NCBI RefSeq assembly: GCF_023055435.1
Contig: NW_025963835.1
Span: 34,224,001 to 34,288,000, forward strand
Direction: 5' to 3'
From: Haliotis rufescens
Taxonomy: Eukaryota
Length of the DNA stretch: 64,000 nucleotides
Made by a program: the position numbers and the translations under genes. The first letter of the stretch is position 1. Every line of letters begins with the position of its first letter. Below are positions 11,067 to 24,383 of the stretch, one piece after another. A model generated the notes under the pieces. The model was not told the DNA's origin. It was given only the letters and a program-made list of their open reading frames with translations, and did not search any database.

Positions 11067-12939
11067 CCACTGTAAATTGCTGTAGAAACGACTGCCACCA
11101 AAGAGAAGAAACTGTCGTACCCTCGACACAAGTATCCTCAATAAAAAACATGAACTGGCTGTGAAAAACTCTAATTGAGTATGCCGATGCCATATCTCAC
11201 TTTGTTGACCTGTAAACGTGTTTGAAGATGTTTGTGCATGTCTGTCATTAATATTGTTAACTAGATCAATGTCATGTACATTACAAACCATTTCGTATAA
11301 TTGATTTCCTGAATGTAGGAAGATAAACATCTATGTAGACGTTAAATATGTTTATTTAATCAATAACCATATTCAAATAATTGATTTAATAGAGTATGTA
11401 TCTTAATATGTTTCTTGCAATGTATCTTATCGTGTATTGTATCTGTATGTGAGGAATGTTATAAATGAATAAACATATACTGATATTCTGCAACAGACTA
11501 TAGTTAGTCACCCTATTTTCTCCCCATTTACCATGGCTGACTTCACTTTAACCCAGATTAATAGGCGAGGGCACAGTGGGGTGTCCCCCATTATACAAAC
11601 AATAACCTGATATGTCTGTGCGTGTACAATAGCATATTTTTATTATCCTGCAGACGGAAGGGTAACGTGTGGTTAAAGCGCCGACCGTCACGCCAAAGGC
11701 CGGGGTTCGTTTCCATAAACGAGTTTAAGTTGTGAAATTCTTTTCTGGTGTTCCTCACGCGAGGAATGTTGCTCAAAGTGGAGAAAGCAATACTCAGTCT
11801 CTCTTCTTGTATCTTATTCCTAAAATAAGAGCAGCTGAAAATGTAATGTAACCTGCTTCATTATGTTAAAAACGGAATCCCATTGTCTTAATATTGCTAT
11901 CCAGGTACCTCTGAAACCTGTAATGCAATACACTAAATCGTGGTTTACGAACATGAAGAATTAGCTCATTGTGCCAAGTTTCCCGACATCACACTGTGTC
12001 AAACGGCCATTGCCTACCACAACACTTCCGTGACTTCAGTGAACCGTCTGCTCTCCGCTCACAACTCAAATCCTGTCTCTTCAGACTTACTGTTTCCAAA
12101 TGACTTCTTATTGAGATGTCCCTTGAGCATGCGATATTCATGGTCATGCGCCATACAAATAGACTATTACCATTATTATTATATATGATGATTATAACCG
12201 GAATCTTTTATTTACCCTTTAGAATTGACACCTTTGACGCGTTATCACACACGAAACAGAAACATCCACAGGTGCCCGACAATAACGTTGCGATAACAGC
12301 GGGGTAAAGTTCCAATTAAGCTTTTGACAAGTTATCCCCTGCTAAGTTAAACAGGTGCTTTGACCATCTGTCTGCAGAACATCTTCCTTGGAAATAGGCA
12401 CAAAGCCACCAGATGCAGCTGAAGCTAAGGAGCTGTTTTCTTGTCCTTCAATAAAAAGGATTTACAATTCCATGGCTGAGGAAAGGTCTTCACGTGTTTA
12501 GTTCGACACGACATTACTAGGTCACAGCCACAGAGACATGAAGATGTAGTTCGTAGTTCGGCATGAAGTGTAGTGTTGGTGTAGCGTGTGTATCATCCGC
12601 TTCGGAAATGACTGAGGGTCGGGTAAGTGGTGAAGGCGTGTTTGCGTTCCACCTAGGAAATGATAAAGAGGCTGGAGTAAGCGTCCGAAATGTGGATTAA
12701 ATGGTGAACATGGCATACATTATTTACAGAGAATGTTTTTTTTTAAAAAAATATGCCCTAGTCATCAACAAATGAAAGCATTCTGGACACATCTTCATGT
12801 GATATTATATCTGCTGTATCGGGACGTGAAGTACAATGCGTTGCATGTGTAAACATTGAACGATTCATGTTATGTTTACGAAAATGTCCTTAACGTACAA
12901 CGGAGAGAGGCTATATCAAGCTAACTCTCGAGGTTGAGG

Positions 12940-13075
12940 GATCCATGTTCGTACAGAAAAATGTCAAGCTTGCTTGTTCAAAATATTATCTTCCTAGCTT
13001 ATGACCGATCTGACGTAAGCAACAATGCCCACGGTTGTTTTCAGATATTGGAAATCCGGTTTTTAAGAGGGAAGC
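12940..13075 (-). pseudogene. Highly decayed IL-17 start/promoter relic (B type; second copy about 37398-37525)
   Basis: CATGTTCGT start context, AAAATATTATCTTCCTAGC (cf. AAAATAGTGACTTCTGAGC) and TCCGGTTTTTAAGAGG (cf. TCCGGTTTTAAGAGG) occur in the correct order, next to a block homologous to 180-540. Confidence 0.55.
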
Positions 13076-14105
13076 CAGACGTCCCACGTCCTTGACAAAT
13101 GTACAAATATACTCGTCACTACTATTGTCATAATGATCCGCGAATGCATTAAGTTCATTATTTACAGATCAGCTATCTCTAAAGCCTTGTGTCTCGTGAA
13201 GATTTGGGAAGGATAATAAGTCTTCAGCAACCCATGCTTGCTCTAAAAGTCGGTCAGGTGATGCATGTCATCGTATCCCAATTGCATGGATCGATGCTCA
13301 CGATGTCAATCACTGGATTGTCTGGTCCAGACTCAATTACTGGACAGTTTCAAGTGACGCTGACCATCGGAATGTGTAACAAGTCGGGTGAGGTGGTGTC
13401 GGCGAGTTTGGTTTAACGTCTCTTCGAACATTATTGTCGCTGGATCACAATGGGTCATCTTGTTATGGGATGAAGGCCCATTGCGTTGCGGGTCTTAGAT
13501 TTCCCCCAAAATGGTGAAACTCACGAGTACCGTGCTGACAAACCTCGATACTAATCAGTGCCAATCTAAGATTCGAAGCCACAATAATTGGTTTCTGGCA
13601 CGCCTAAAGGACTCAACTCATAGATCAAAAACGAATCGTGGCACCTTCGACGCCTGGGCCATCCGTGACCGCTACCAGGACATTGAAAACATACAGGCGG
13701 GCCTTCCAGGCATTATCATTTGAAACTTATCGAACCTCACAGTCGTATAGAATGTAATGATGTAGTGACGGATAAACCATTCCGTCAGATATCCCAGAGT
13801 TCATGACAATATCAAAATCTGGTTTACTCAATCCTTCCGCACTCCCCACCTCCATTCTAGCCAAGCTACAACATCGTTTACAGCCCAAATACCGACAATA
13901 AAGAGCTGGTGTAACCTGAAGTAGGGATGGACTGAAATTCATGTATTCATTTCATTTTGGTATGTTTGTATATGGTGCACAGCTTTCTTTTGTGTTTGGA
14001 ATATAAACGGAATGAACGTTGACAGTCCACTAAATACATAGAGGTAATCACGCGAGCGTGATTTGGGATGGTAATATCCTGTATTTGGAATAAACGTTGT
14101 ATTTA

Positions 14106-16393
14106 GTCACAGGGCCATATGACACAGTTGAACCAATCAACTCAACTCGAAAGGTTGCACAGGAATCATGCACTCACGAATACGGTACCGGTGTTAGCGT
14201 TGGGCGGCTCAAGCAGTTATTTAATAATCTTTATCCAATTATTTTTGCATTCTTTTTCAGGTCAGTGTTATTGACTTGAATGTATCATTCCTTGCCACAT
14301 TATAATATTTCATGCATCATGTTATTAGGTGTAATATATCATACGTAATTATTCATTGAGACAAATCATTGCTTTATGGTTTTGAGGAAATATTTTTTCA
14401 TATTTTCGTAGATGAGTCGAGACTTTCGGGGCTGTATCGGGTGAAAGAGAATCAAATTCTGAGCCAAGAATTGCACAAAGTGGACAAGATCCGATTACGA
14501 CATGTACTACAAAGCACGAACCTGGAATTCGTAGACGATTCCTAGAAATTCTTTGATAAACGATTTTTTTTCTCACGAATCCCACGAACTACAAGAATGT
14601 TTGGGAATCAAATAAGATATATTTAAGATTCTTAAGAAATGATTAAGAATATGTACGAATATGTTAGAATTCATATCCGTGGTAATTCGGGCTATTACAT
14701 GTCGTAGTGAAACAGGGGTATATGTATTGCACTATTCGTCAGATTCGGAGTCTGTGCTGTCACCTAAGTGAATAAGAACAGGCTGGACAGTATCTGGTAG
14801 GATACAGTCTTGTATCCAATACTCTTCCTCAACTTTGATAACATGTTGGACAAGTTTGCCCAACGTACATCTGTAATTTCTCCCATCCCTTTCAAGACAA
14901 TCTGCTTGACGTTGGCCAGCTTTAAGGTCTTATTTTGCCGTGCGATCATATTTTTCAAATATTTTTCAAATCCTGATTAGTTCGATGGGATTCAAGTCAC
15001 AATGGTAAGGAGGAAGTCTAAGCACTTCGTGACCGTGTTCTCTCAACATGTTGTCAATCAAATAAGAGGGTCGGGCTTTGTTCTGAAGAACCAGTTGGTA
15101 GTAGTCAGTTGTTTTGGCTTTCGTGGGCCGAGCAATGCGGTTGTTGTCCAACCACTGACATATCTCACCTTTGTTGGAATTTGAGGTTTGACAACGGTTA
15201 ATAGGATCTCGAATACTGTGACAGGGAGAATTGTCCATAACCACCAATAATTTATGAAGCAGTGCAAAGAGGAGCTGCTCCTCAACATACACAGTGAAAA
15301 CCTGACTATTCATCTCCGTATGGTAGTCTCTGCCATCTGTAGATCTGGATCTGAACACTAGATCACACCCAGGGAGCAAACCTCTGTGGGAGCCTGCATG
15401 GAGGACAATCAGGCGCTCCCCTTTACCAGGGGGGGATCTTGCGCTGTGGCTCTCTGGTATCTGGGTGAGACCATTGGTAAGCCGCTGTGTGGCAGGCGTT
15501 AACCCAGGTTTCGTCCAAATAGACAGGCTCATAGCCTTCTTCTCGTTTCTTTTTAAGGGTGCGCAAATAATAGATACACAAACGAAGGATATCTGGTCGT
15601 TCACACATTGCTAGTTTCGACCCTTTCGTCTTTTTGTACTGATATCCAAATTTGGAAAGGAGTTTAAAAATGGTCCATTTGGAAATATCTAAGTCATGCT
15701 CTGTAAGGAGAATTTGTTTTAGTTTTCTTGTTGAAAAAAATTCATTTTCTCGTGTTAACCGCCGAATCACGCCCCTGACAACTTTCTGTAATCTAACTTT
15801 AATTTCCTAACCTGTTTTGAGATGCCCCCTAAGGGATGTGCAGGGGAGCATGTGTTTTCATGAAAGTTCAAAATCTTAACTACGGTTTGTTTGGGAAGCT
15901 GTAACGCATGTATTGTTCTTTTCAAATACTTTAAAAGTCAAAAAAGGGCGAACGTCTTTCACTTCCAGCCTTAAAGTATTGAAATATTTTAACAACGAAA
16001 CCTTTCCCAATCAGCGGAAAGATGCTTGCGCTGAGACATCATGAAATCTAATGCTAACACCGTATTCGTGAGTGCGTGATTCCCGTGCAACCTTTCGAGT
16101 TGAGTTGATTGGTTCAACTGTGTCATATGGCCCTGTGACGCAGGGGTAGCATTATGCAGATGGCTGTTGCAGTGACTGCTCATTCCACCTGTGACGAACA
16201 GGTCTGGTTGTTGATGAAATATAGTGATAGCTAAATAGACAGATTTTTTATTCATGCACCGATTGTCTTTAAATGTAATATCCAGTTAATGTATGACTGT
16301 TTCATAATCTCAAGCCAACTTTGACTGGAGTAGGTCCAATAGTTTTTCAGATATTGTAGTAAATGTCGGTTCCTTAAATTAACTTCCAGACTA
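14106..16393 (-). mobile_element. IS630-Tc1-mariner DNA transposon with long DD83E spacing (Sailor-like), frameshifted, long TIRs
   Basis: YLDETW, PGKGERLIVLHAG, DYHTEMN, VMDNSPCHS and LPPYHCDLNPIE across ORFs 15423-15770, 14966-15604 and 14764-14958. There are 83 residues between the second D and the E. 14106-14195 is an inverted repeat of about 16045-16140. Confidence 0.85.
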
Positions 16394-17806
16394 TGTTTTT
16401 TCTATTGACCCCGTTGGGACTCCTTGTTAGAATTGCCCCAGCAACCTTGGCTGGTCGTAAGGTGCCACAACATGGACCCGGTGGTCAGACTTAGTTGATA
16501 GGTGTCATAGAACTCTGACAGCGTGGATCATGGTTCAGAATATCAACCACTAGATTGTCTGGGCCAGACGCGACTATTAACAGTGCCCCGTCACATAGCT
16601 GGAATATTGCTGAGTGCGACGTCAGACAACAAACATTGAAGCAAAGACGTCACATATTCGTTGTCCACACAATCACCTGCCATCTGTGACAAAAAGCGAC
16701 TGCAGCGCTGCCACTAACTCAGTCTTAAAGTACGGGAGACTGCTTTACGATACGGAACCCTCGAATATCTTGTTGTCATCATGTAACCTGTGTGGATTCC
16801 AGGTACGAATATAAGTCTTATGAGACTAAGTTCTAAATATACCCGCTTGCAGTAACCAGACTGCCGAACATAGCCCGGATTGTAACCACGAGCTCAAAAC
16901 ACAGTTATGTTTATCAAAATGGATATTTATTTAAACGCGCACTTTGTATTTTTTATCATTACTGTATAAAATATTTCTTGTTGTCGGAATGGCTTGTTTT
17001 CACTTTCTAAGTATTAACACACATGCAGCTATGTTCATTTATTAATAATAGTGATGTGTCGTGATTCGGTTTCAAATGTCCAGGACTGTAAATCTAATTT
17101 ATATTTTCAAAACAGGATCTCCACAGAGCGCCGGATTATAGCATATTAAAGGAAGAAAATACAATGACTTTCAGGAGCCCACAACATGATGTGTGTGAAC
17201 ATCCTGTTTTGAACAGACTCAAAGAAGCCACGCTGTCTCAACATTGAGGATTTGCAGTAGGGTGCAATAGGTGTCATTTACCACCATGAGGGATTGTAGA
17301 AACAGGAGAATAAAATACAATGAACAATTGTTTGAACTCTGAACCGTAACGTTACGCGCTCATGATATTAAGCAAGTATGTGTTCTTCCTCAAACTTACT
17401 TCAGCAATATATGCGCCCTGTTCAAGCAGAGAGTCAAGAAAGAAAACGTGGCAAGCGAGTGTCCTCTTACAACCGGAACAAGCCAGATAGCAAAGAAATA
17501 ACTACCCGTGAATATTTTAAAGATCATCTGACGAAGGTGTAGGAAGGGTAGGAGGAAGGGAAGGGTTTCTGAGATGGAGATGACGAACATTTCACACCCT
17601 GAAATGTATTTCTGCACCCAGACATTTTTAGTCATTCTCAAACTCAACATAGTAGTTTTTGGATTGGACAAAATGTGAATACCCATTTCAGCCCCCGACC
17701 CTTCGTCGTGGCAGTGTATGTTCACACTTGCTATAAAATGAGGTGGTTTGTGATGAGCAGTCAAAACAGAAATTCTCGACTCATTACAAAGGCTTTGTCA
17801 ACGAAC

Positions 17807-18274
17807 ATGCAGCTTTTACAGGTATCCGTCTTGCTCGTCGTCATCATGAAAGCGAATGCCACACCAGTGACTGACGATATGGGAAACATGATGAGAGCAC
17901 AAAGGGATGCCACACAATGCCAGATACCATCACATATACAACAGATCTTCAACAGCTTGAACAACATCCCTGATACGTCGAACTCACCCGTGTCACAAAA
18001 CAACATGCAAGACTCCACTCGAGAACGTTCCATTTGCCCCTGGAGCGTCGTCTCGCTAAGACTTGGAGACAACATTTATCCACAACAGCTTCGTAGTGCC
18101 AGCTGTAATTGTAGAGACTGTATCAACAATACCCAGAACCAGTGTGAACAAGTGAAAGCTAGCTTCCGTGTTTTAAAATACAGCTGTGAAAATGGTACCT
18201 TCACCTATCAACCTGAGGACAAAGAAATAGCAGTTGAGTGCACATGTGCTGCACCTCGAGCCTCAAGTGGTTGA
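17807..18274 (+). CDS. IL17: Interleukin-17 family cytokine, inverted copy, 155 aa (VGCTC to VECTC variant)
   Basis: Same motifs as 8178-8645; TATAAAA at about 17733; only plus-strand copy. Confidence 0.93.
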   Translation: MQLLQVSVLLVVIMKANATPVTDDMGNMMRAQRDATQCQIPSHIQQIFNSLNNIPDTSNSPVSQNNMQDSTRERSICPWSVVSLRLGDNIYPQQLRSASCNCRDCINNTQNQCEQVKASFRVLKYSCENGTFTYQPEDKEIAVECTCAAPRASSG

Positions 18275-19332
18275 CGATGAAGATGAAGATGAATATTCTA
18301 AAAATGAAGTCACTCAAAAACATTTGTTGTCTGCAAACTGTGACGTAATCCAATATTTGGCAACAGCAACACTGACAATTGTAAATAATCCCTACAATGT
18401 TAGACTTTGTCCTTCTTGACTGTTTTAGCAGTATATATTTACGATGGTTCATTTCTTTGCATCAACATTTACTCCTGAATCCATGCTGATAATCAGTAAG
18501 AATGCCAATATATGTGTGTACAATGTTCACGTATTAGCTTGTGTTATGATATGAGTATTCTCAGTGTAATATTTATTTGTGACCTAAATTACTTTTCAGC
18601 ATTGAATTATTTGTTTGCTTGATTGTCATTAAGTTTCATGATTCACAAATAGTTGTGTTTTCTTTTGTGTTCCATTCAAAGCAAAGGCATATTTATCTTG
18701 ATCAGACAGGAATATCTCCGCCCCACTGCCGACAGATTGAACAACGATCTCACTTGACAACTGTTGTCAGTATTTGTTTGAGTATTAAATGATGGATGCC
18801 TTAAAGTAACTCCTGACCTAGATACCTCAGGAACTAGTATTGTTCGGTGAGAGATGGCATTGTACAATACCGTATCCCTGATTCAAGGGTTAGATACATT
18901 AACCTAGATCTTCTGTTCAAAAGTATCCACGATAACATTCATGTCAGTTTGACAGCTAGTCAGTGTCATATTTCCGTAATAATTGCAGACAATAGGATAC
19001 AGACAGACAATAGGATACAGACAGACAGTAAGCGAAAGATCAACATAAGTCTCAACCACCGCCCTAGTTATCATGTACTACGTTGGTTAGAAACACACCT
19101 TTATCACTTACACGAAACTTGATCATGTTATGTCATGCCATGTCATGTCGTGCGTGCGTGAGTGCGTGAGAGAGTGACGAAAGAGTGTCAATGCCACACC
19201 AAAACACTATTCAAATAAACATTAGTCTAACTTCCGTCGCTTAACCCCGCCTTTTTATCATCGACTGCGATGGTCATAAACGCATAAACACTAGTTCATG
19301 TCCGACGAGGCGATGCACACGCTGTACCCACA

Positions 19333-19598
19333 CCACACTTCATTCCACGCCACACTTAATTCCATGCCACTCTTCATTCCACGCCACACTTCATTCGATG
19401 CCACACTTCATTCCACGCCACACTTCATTCCATGCCACTCTTCATTCCATGCCACTCTTCATTCCACGCCACACTTCATTCCACGCCACTCTTCATTCCA
19501 CGCCACTCTTCATTCCACGCCACTCTTCATTCCATGCCACACTTCATTCCACGCCATTCTTCATTCCACGCCACTCTTCACTCCACGCCACTCTTCAT
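19333..19598. repeat. 17-bp minisatellite (CCACACTTCATTCCAYG)n, about 16 units
   Basis: Direct inspection. Confidence 0.95.
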
Positions 19599-20190
19599 TA
19601 CTATTCTATACTAGCAATGGTTGTTGTTGCCTCATATTTAGGGCGTTATGGACAAATAATTGGGACTTAAACTTAAAAGCCGAGTGTAAACCATACCATG
19701 AGATAACAGATTGGTCCACGTGTAGGATATTAATAATCCTAATATACTGATTGCTTTAACGGAAGAAAGCCCATTGTTTATACAAATGGCCTATTTGGAC
19801 AGGTGTTGTTACCTTAAGGGGTTTTACGGACAAATATCGGAACGTTTCAATGATAGACTTCTTTTGTGAAGACATTGAATTTACATTGACATTGAATGGA
19901 CTGTAAAGAACGTTGATCGAAATACTTTACCAAAAGATCTGTTCTCTCAGACGTGTATAAACTGGACAATCATGAATAAATGAAACCAATCCTCTGGTGA
20001 ATGTAAATCACACAGGACACATAACAGCTATCTTTTAATTACACCGAAATATCGTCCTTATTCCATCCAACTTGAAAATGCATGTATGAAATATTGACGA
20101 CATAAAGCAAACGGATGATCCATAATCGATAACTCAGGCTCTAACTTCAACTTAAATGCCAAGTGTAAATCATATCTACTACTAGGTTGT

Positions 20191-20357
20191 GGGGGCGGTC
20201 GGGTACCCTAGTGGTTAAAGCGTTAGCTCGTCCCGAGGAAGACCCAGGTTGGATTCCCGACATGGGTACAATGAATGAAGCCCATTTCTGGTGTTCCCCG
20301 CCGTGATATTGCTGGAATATTGCTAAAGCGGCGTAAAACCTTACTCACTCACTCACT
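20191..20357 (+). mobile_element. SINE family 1
   Basis: TSD CTAGGTTGTG. Confidence 0.9.
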
Positions 20358-21212
20358 TCTAGGTTGTGGACTGCTTAACCACTCTCGAGTTGACATTTCC
20401 CTTCCTCTTTCTTTAAAACCCATCAGAAATATTTGAAGCACACTTCCCGGAAGGTCCAAACAAAACCAAAACCAATTTGGAGAAGTCTTACTTATATTTA
20501 GAAAACCTTTGCAAGCAATATAATGTACCCTCTCTATGCACTCCTGTGTTTGTTAGCCCCAGTATTTCTGAAGAGTAGAGTAAAACTGACTATATTTGCG
20601 AATAAAATCACTTAATGTGAACATTGTATGGGAACTGGTCATAACAATACACTGTCCTTATCACTTGAATGTTCTCTGGGAGTGTATTGTAACAGTCCTA
20701 TATATGCAACTTTGATAAAAACTGAATTGACATGTGAGTACTATACCAAAATAATAATATTGGTTAACAACTTCCACATCACTGCCACCATAAAACCATT
20801 TTTCAACTCTTGCCAATCTCCCATCCCTCCTGGATACAACTATCTGTTTCTGACATATTAACTGTCAAGACGACAGGGGTGTGTTGTAATAAGTTGACGT
20901 TTGAGATGACAGGTCGTGCCATCTGGATTGGTCAGCATTCATATATACAGGATGGCATGGTCTGAATCGATCTCCCAATGACAACGTGAGGGCGTCTTGT
21001 CCACTCCTCTTGCTGCTCCTGGCCCAGATTGGCTGACCTAGCGGATGACCATCGACGTCAGTGTGCATGTCTCCCGATCATGCCCTAGACGTGTACTGTG
21101 GGGCAAAGGTCCGGATTCATTGCTGGCCATTGCATTCTGGTGATGGTGTGCTACTGGAGATGGTCAGTTACTCTCGATACGTGCACGGTGGGCACGAGTG
21201 ATGTCGACACAT

Positions 21213-21475
21213 GAGTGAGTGAGTGAGTTGGGTTTTACGCCACTTTTAACAGTATTCCAGTTATATCACGGCGTGTCAGCTTAATTCGGGAGGAAAGCCC
21301 TAAGTGATGCAGGTCTCAGACGTTTACCACTTCGGTGAAACCCGCGAGCACGGGTATAGTGCTGACAAACCTAGAAAAATAATCGGGGCGAACCGGGATT
21401 CGAACTCACAATCATAGGTTTCTGGCGTGCCCAGCGAATGGCGGCGCCTTAGACGACTGGGCTACCCGTGCCCCC
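21213..21475 (-). mobile_element. tRNA-derived SINE family 4 (relatives at about 13386-13670 and 37905-38190)
   Basis: tRNA-like head (GGATTCGAAC on +), (TGAG)n tail, TSD TCGACA(C/A)ATGA. Confidence 0.7.
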
Positions 21476-21830
21476 TCGACAAATGATGATCAGCATGGTG
21501 CGCAAACGGCGCCACTGTGTTGTTTCGGTAGAACTGTTCAGTGGCCTTCCACGGACAATGTGCAGTAGCGTTCTGGCAGTCATAGTGATACCTCCTGATA
21601 TTGCAGATCATGACGCTCGCATGACGTTCATTTGATCTGCGATCCCCCAGTTTCTACACCCTGTACACCACTGGCGCCTGGCAAGAATGTTTCGATTTGT
21701 TAACGGTGGTGCAACATGTGGTCGCCGAGCATACAGGTGATTTCTTATCGACTGGTCAGTAACTTGAACCCCAGTGGCCTGGCACAAGTGAACATTTGGG
21801 AGGCTGTTTGGGCTCTAGTTTCTGATGAAT

Positions 21831-21998
21831 AGGGGTCGGTCGGGTACCCCAGTGGTTAAAGCGTTCGCTCGTCACGCGGAAGACCCGGGTTCGATTCCCG
21901 ACATGGGTACAATGTGTGAAGCCCAGTTCTGGTGTCCCCCGACGTGTTATTGCTGGAATATTGCTAAAAGCGGCGTAAAACCATACTCACTCACTCAC
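21831..21998 (+). mobile_element. SINE family 1
   Basis: TSD TCTGAT(G/T)AATA. Confidence 0.9.
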
Positions 21999-23915
21999 TC
22001 TGATTAATATATCCTGGACATGTGTTGTTAACCTAGGGCGCCCAGTGCGTGGCCGATCATCAATATTTTGTGTCTGCAGAAAGCTGTTCCAAAGTCTGCC
22101 ATTTACAGACTGAGAAACATTGAGCATATTACGAAGCACACGCTGAATTGTACCAGTTTGTCGATGAGTTTGAGGAAGGCATTCATCACGTTGAAGACGA
22201 CGCATTCCAAATCCGATCACAAATACTGCATTAAAGAAAGAGCAGAGAGCTCAGAGCGATTTGATGATCTTACACTGAAGTCATGTCAAAATCAAGAATG
22301 GCCTCCTACTCAATCTCTGGCAGTGATTTTTCAAAAGTGATCTATTGTCTGACAACCGACCATAACATTTATAGTTCATCATCCCCTACATTTTGTAAAG
22401 AGTATATACAGAAGAAAACCCAGTGCCTGTGTTCCTACAAAATTTAGTATAGCGCCCAACAGAGTGAGTGAGTAGTGTTTTGATCCGTTTTAAGCACTAT
22501 TCCCTCAAAATCATATTTGGGGACAAGGGAAATATATTTTGGCCATTGTAGCCATATGGGGGTCGGAACCAGGGCCTTCGGGATGGCGAGCGAACGCTTT
22601 CACGACGAGGCTACCCCATCTACGTCGACTAGCACAATACTGACGACGTTTACGATTATAAATAAGATAGCTACGCGATAAATCACGAATAACAATGAAC
22701 AACAGAGTGTCGTTTATTACTTGAAAACATTGTTCTATCATGACGTCATTTCTGGAAATTCGAATTTGCGCTCTCAAATGGACGACGTTATTTTTTAGAC
22801 TGTCTTGTGAGTTGTTCCCATAGGTGTAGCTGGGCAACGCAGATAAACGCGTGGTATGTTTAGCTTCCCGTACTCGGCAAAAAAAGCTTTCTAAACTCGT
22901 CATTTTGTTGTGGTTATTGTTGCTTTAAGGCCAGGCTGAGCAAACATGTTAAGTGTTTGTTGTTGAACTCCGCACTCAGCACACATGTACAGGTAAAAGC
23001 TATTGAATGCGAAGTTATTTAAAAAAACCCATCAAACGTTACTATAGAAGTCCAATGGAACAAAATTAGTTGTGTGTAACCTACAGCAATTTACACATTT
23101 GGCGCAATGAACCATATGTCATAATCACTTATAAAAAGGCCTCAAAGTTCTGATTGTCCCAATGTCAAAGTATTATTCCAAATATTTGTAGCTTAAAGGT
23201 AGTGATCGAACATGTTTTCTCAGAGCTGCTCCGTCCCTATAGAATAATCCGAACTGGTGTTTCGAACACTGGTGTCTATGACACAAAAAGAATTCCTTTT
23301 TGACATATACGGGTCACATGTTTTATGTCCGCCAGCCTGTAGATACATGTCTACTGCATCCTTTGAGGCCCTGGTGTGTTGATTTACTATGGCCACTACG
23401 GACCATTTTTCTATCTTTATTTGTATTGAACAATATACCTTTCATTGTCTAAAACTTTACCCTTGAATCAGGGATGCGTTATTGTGGATAACTACATCTC
23501 ACATTGGGAGTGGAAAACTCTTCAAATTAATTGTATAATACTCAAATACTGATAAGTTCTATCAGATAACTGATCAATGTTCGGCATGTCTGCAGTGGGA
23601 CTGATTTACTAGTATTAATGTTTAGGTACGGAAAAGACGTTTATGTTTAAAATGGAACACAAACGAAAACAAAACTGTCAGTGAATCATGACATTTAATG
23701 ACAACTTATCAAAGAAATAATTTCATGCTCAAACGGGAAAAAGTAAATGTGACATCGTTTATATATTGTATAACATTCAAGAAGAACAAAGTCTAACATT
23801 GTAAGGATTATTAACAATTGTCCGCGTTGCTGTTGCCAAATATTGGCTTACGTCACTGTTTGCAGACAGCAAATGTTTCAGAGTGACTTCATATGTAGGA
23901 TATTCATCTTCATCT

Positions 23916-24383
23916 TCAACCACTTGAAGTTCGAGGTGCAGCACATGTGCAACCAACTGCTACTTCTTTGTCCTCAGGTTGATAGGTGAAGGTACCATTT
24001 TCACAGCTGTATTTCAAAACACGGAAGCTAGCTTTCACTTGTTCACACTGGTTCTGGGTATTGTTGATACAGTCTCTACAATTACAGCTGGCGCTCTGAA
24101 GCTGTTGTGGATAAATGTTGTCTCCAAGTCTTAGCGAGACGAAGCTCCAGGGGCAAATGGAACGTTCTCGAGTGGAATCTTGCATGTTGTTTTGTGACAC
24201 GGGTGAGTTCGACGTATCAGGAATGTTGTTCAAGCTGTTGAAGATCTGTTGTATATGTGATGGTATCTGGCATTGTGTGGCATCCCTTTGTGCTCTCATC
24301 ATGTTTCCCATATCGTCAGTCACTGGTGTGGCATTCGCTTTCATGATGACGACAAGTACGGCAGATAACAGTGACAGCTGCAT
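23916..24383 (-). CDS. IL17: Interleukin-17 family cytokine, 155 aa (type-C flanks)
   Basis: Same motifs, intact ORF; TATA (TTTTATA on +) at about 24476-24482. Confidence 0.95.
   Translation of the reverse strand: MQLSLLSAVLVVIMKANATPVTDDMGNMMRAQRDATQCQIPSHIQQIFNSLNNIPDTSNSPVSQNNMQDSTRERSICPWSFVSLRLGDNIYPQQLQSASCNCRDCINNTQNQCEQVKASFRVLKYSCENGTFTYQPEDKEVAVGCTCAAPRTSSG

Larger units (their letters stand above)
20880..22250 (-). mobile_element. Decayed Tc1-like transposase relic interrupted by two SINEs (5' part also at 43845-44090)
   Basis: DDRPRTGRPRLTT..QD (22000-22070) and QWPAMNPDLCP (about 21100-21130). Confidence 0.75.
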
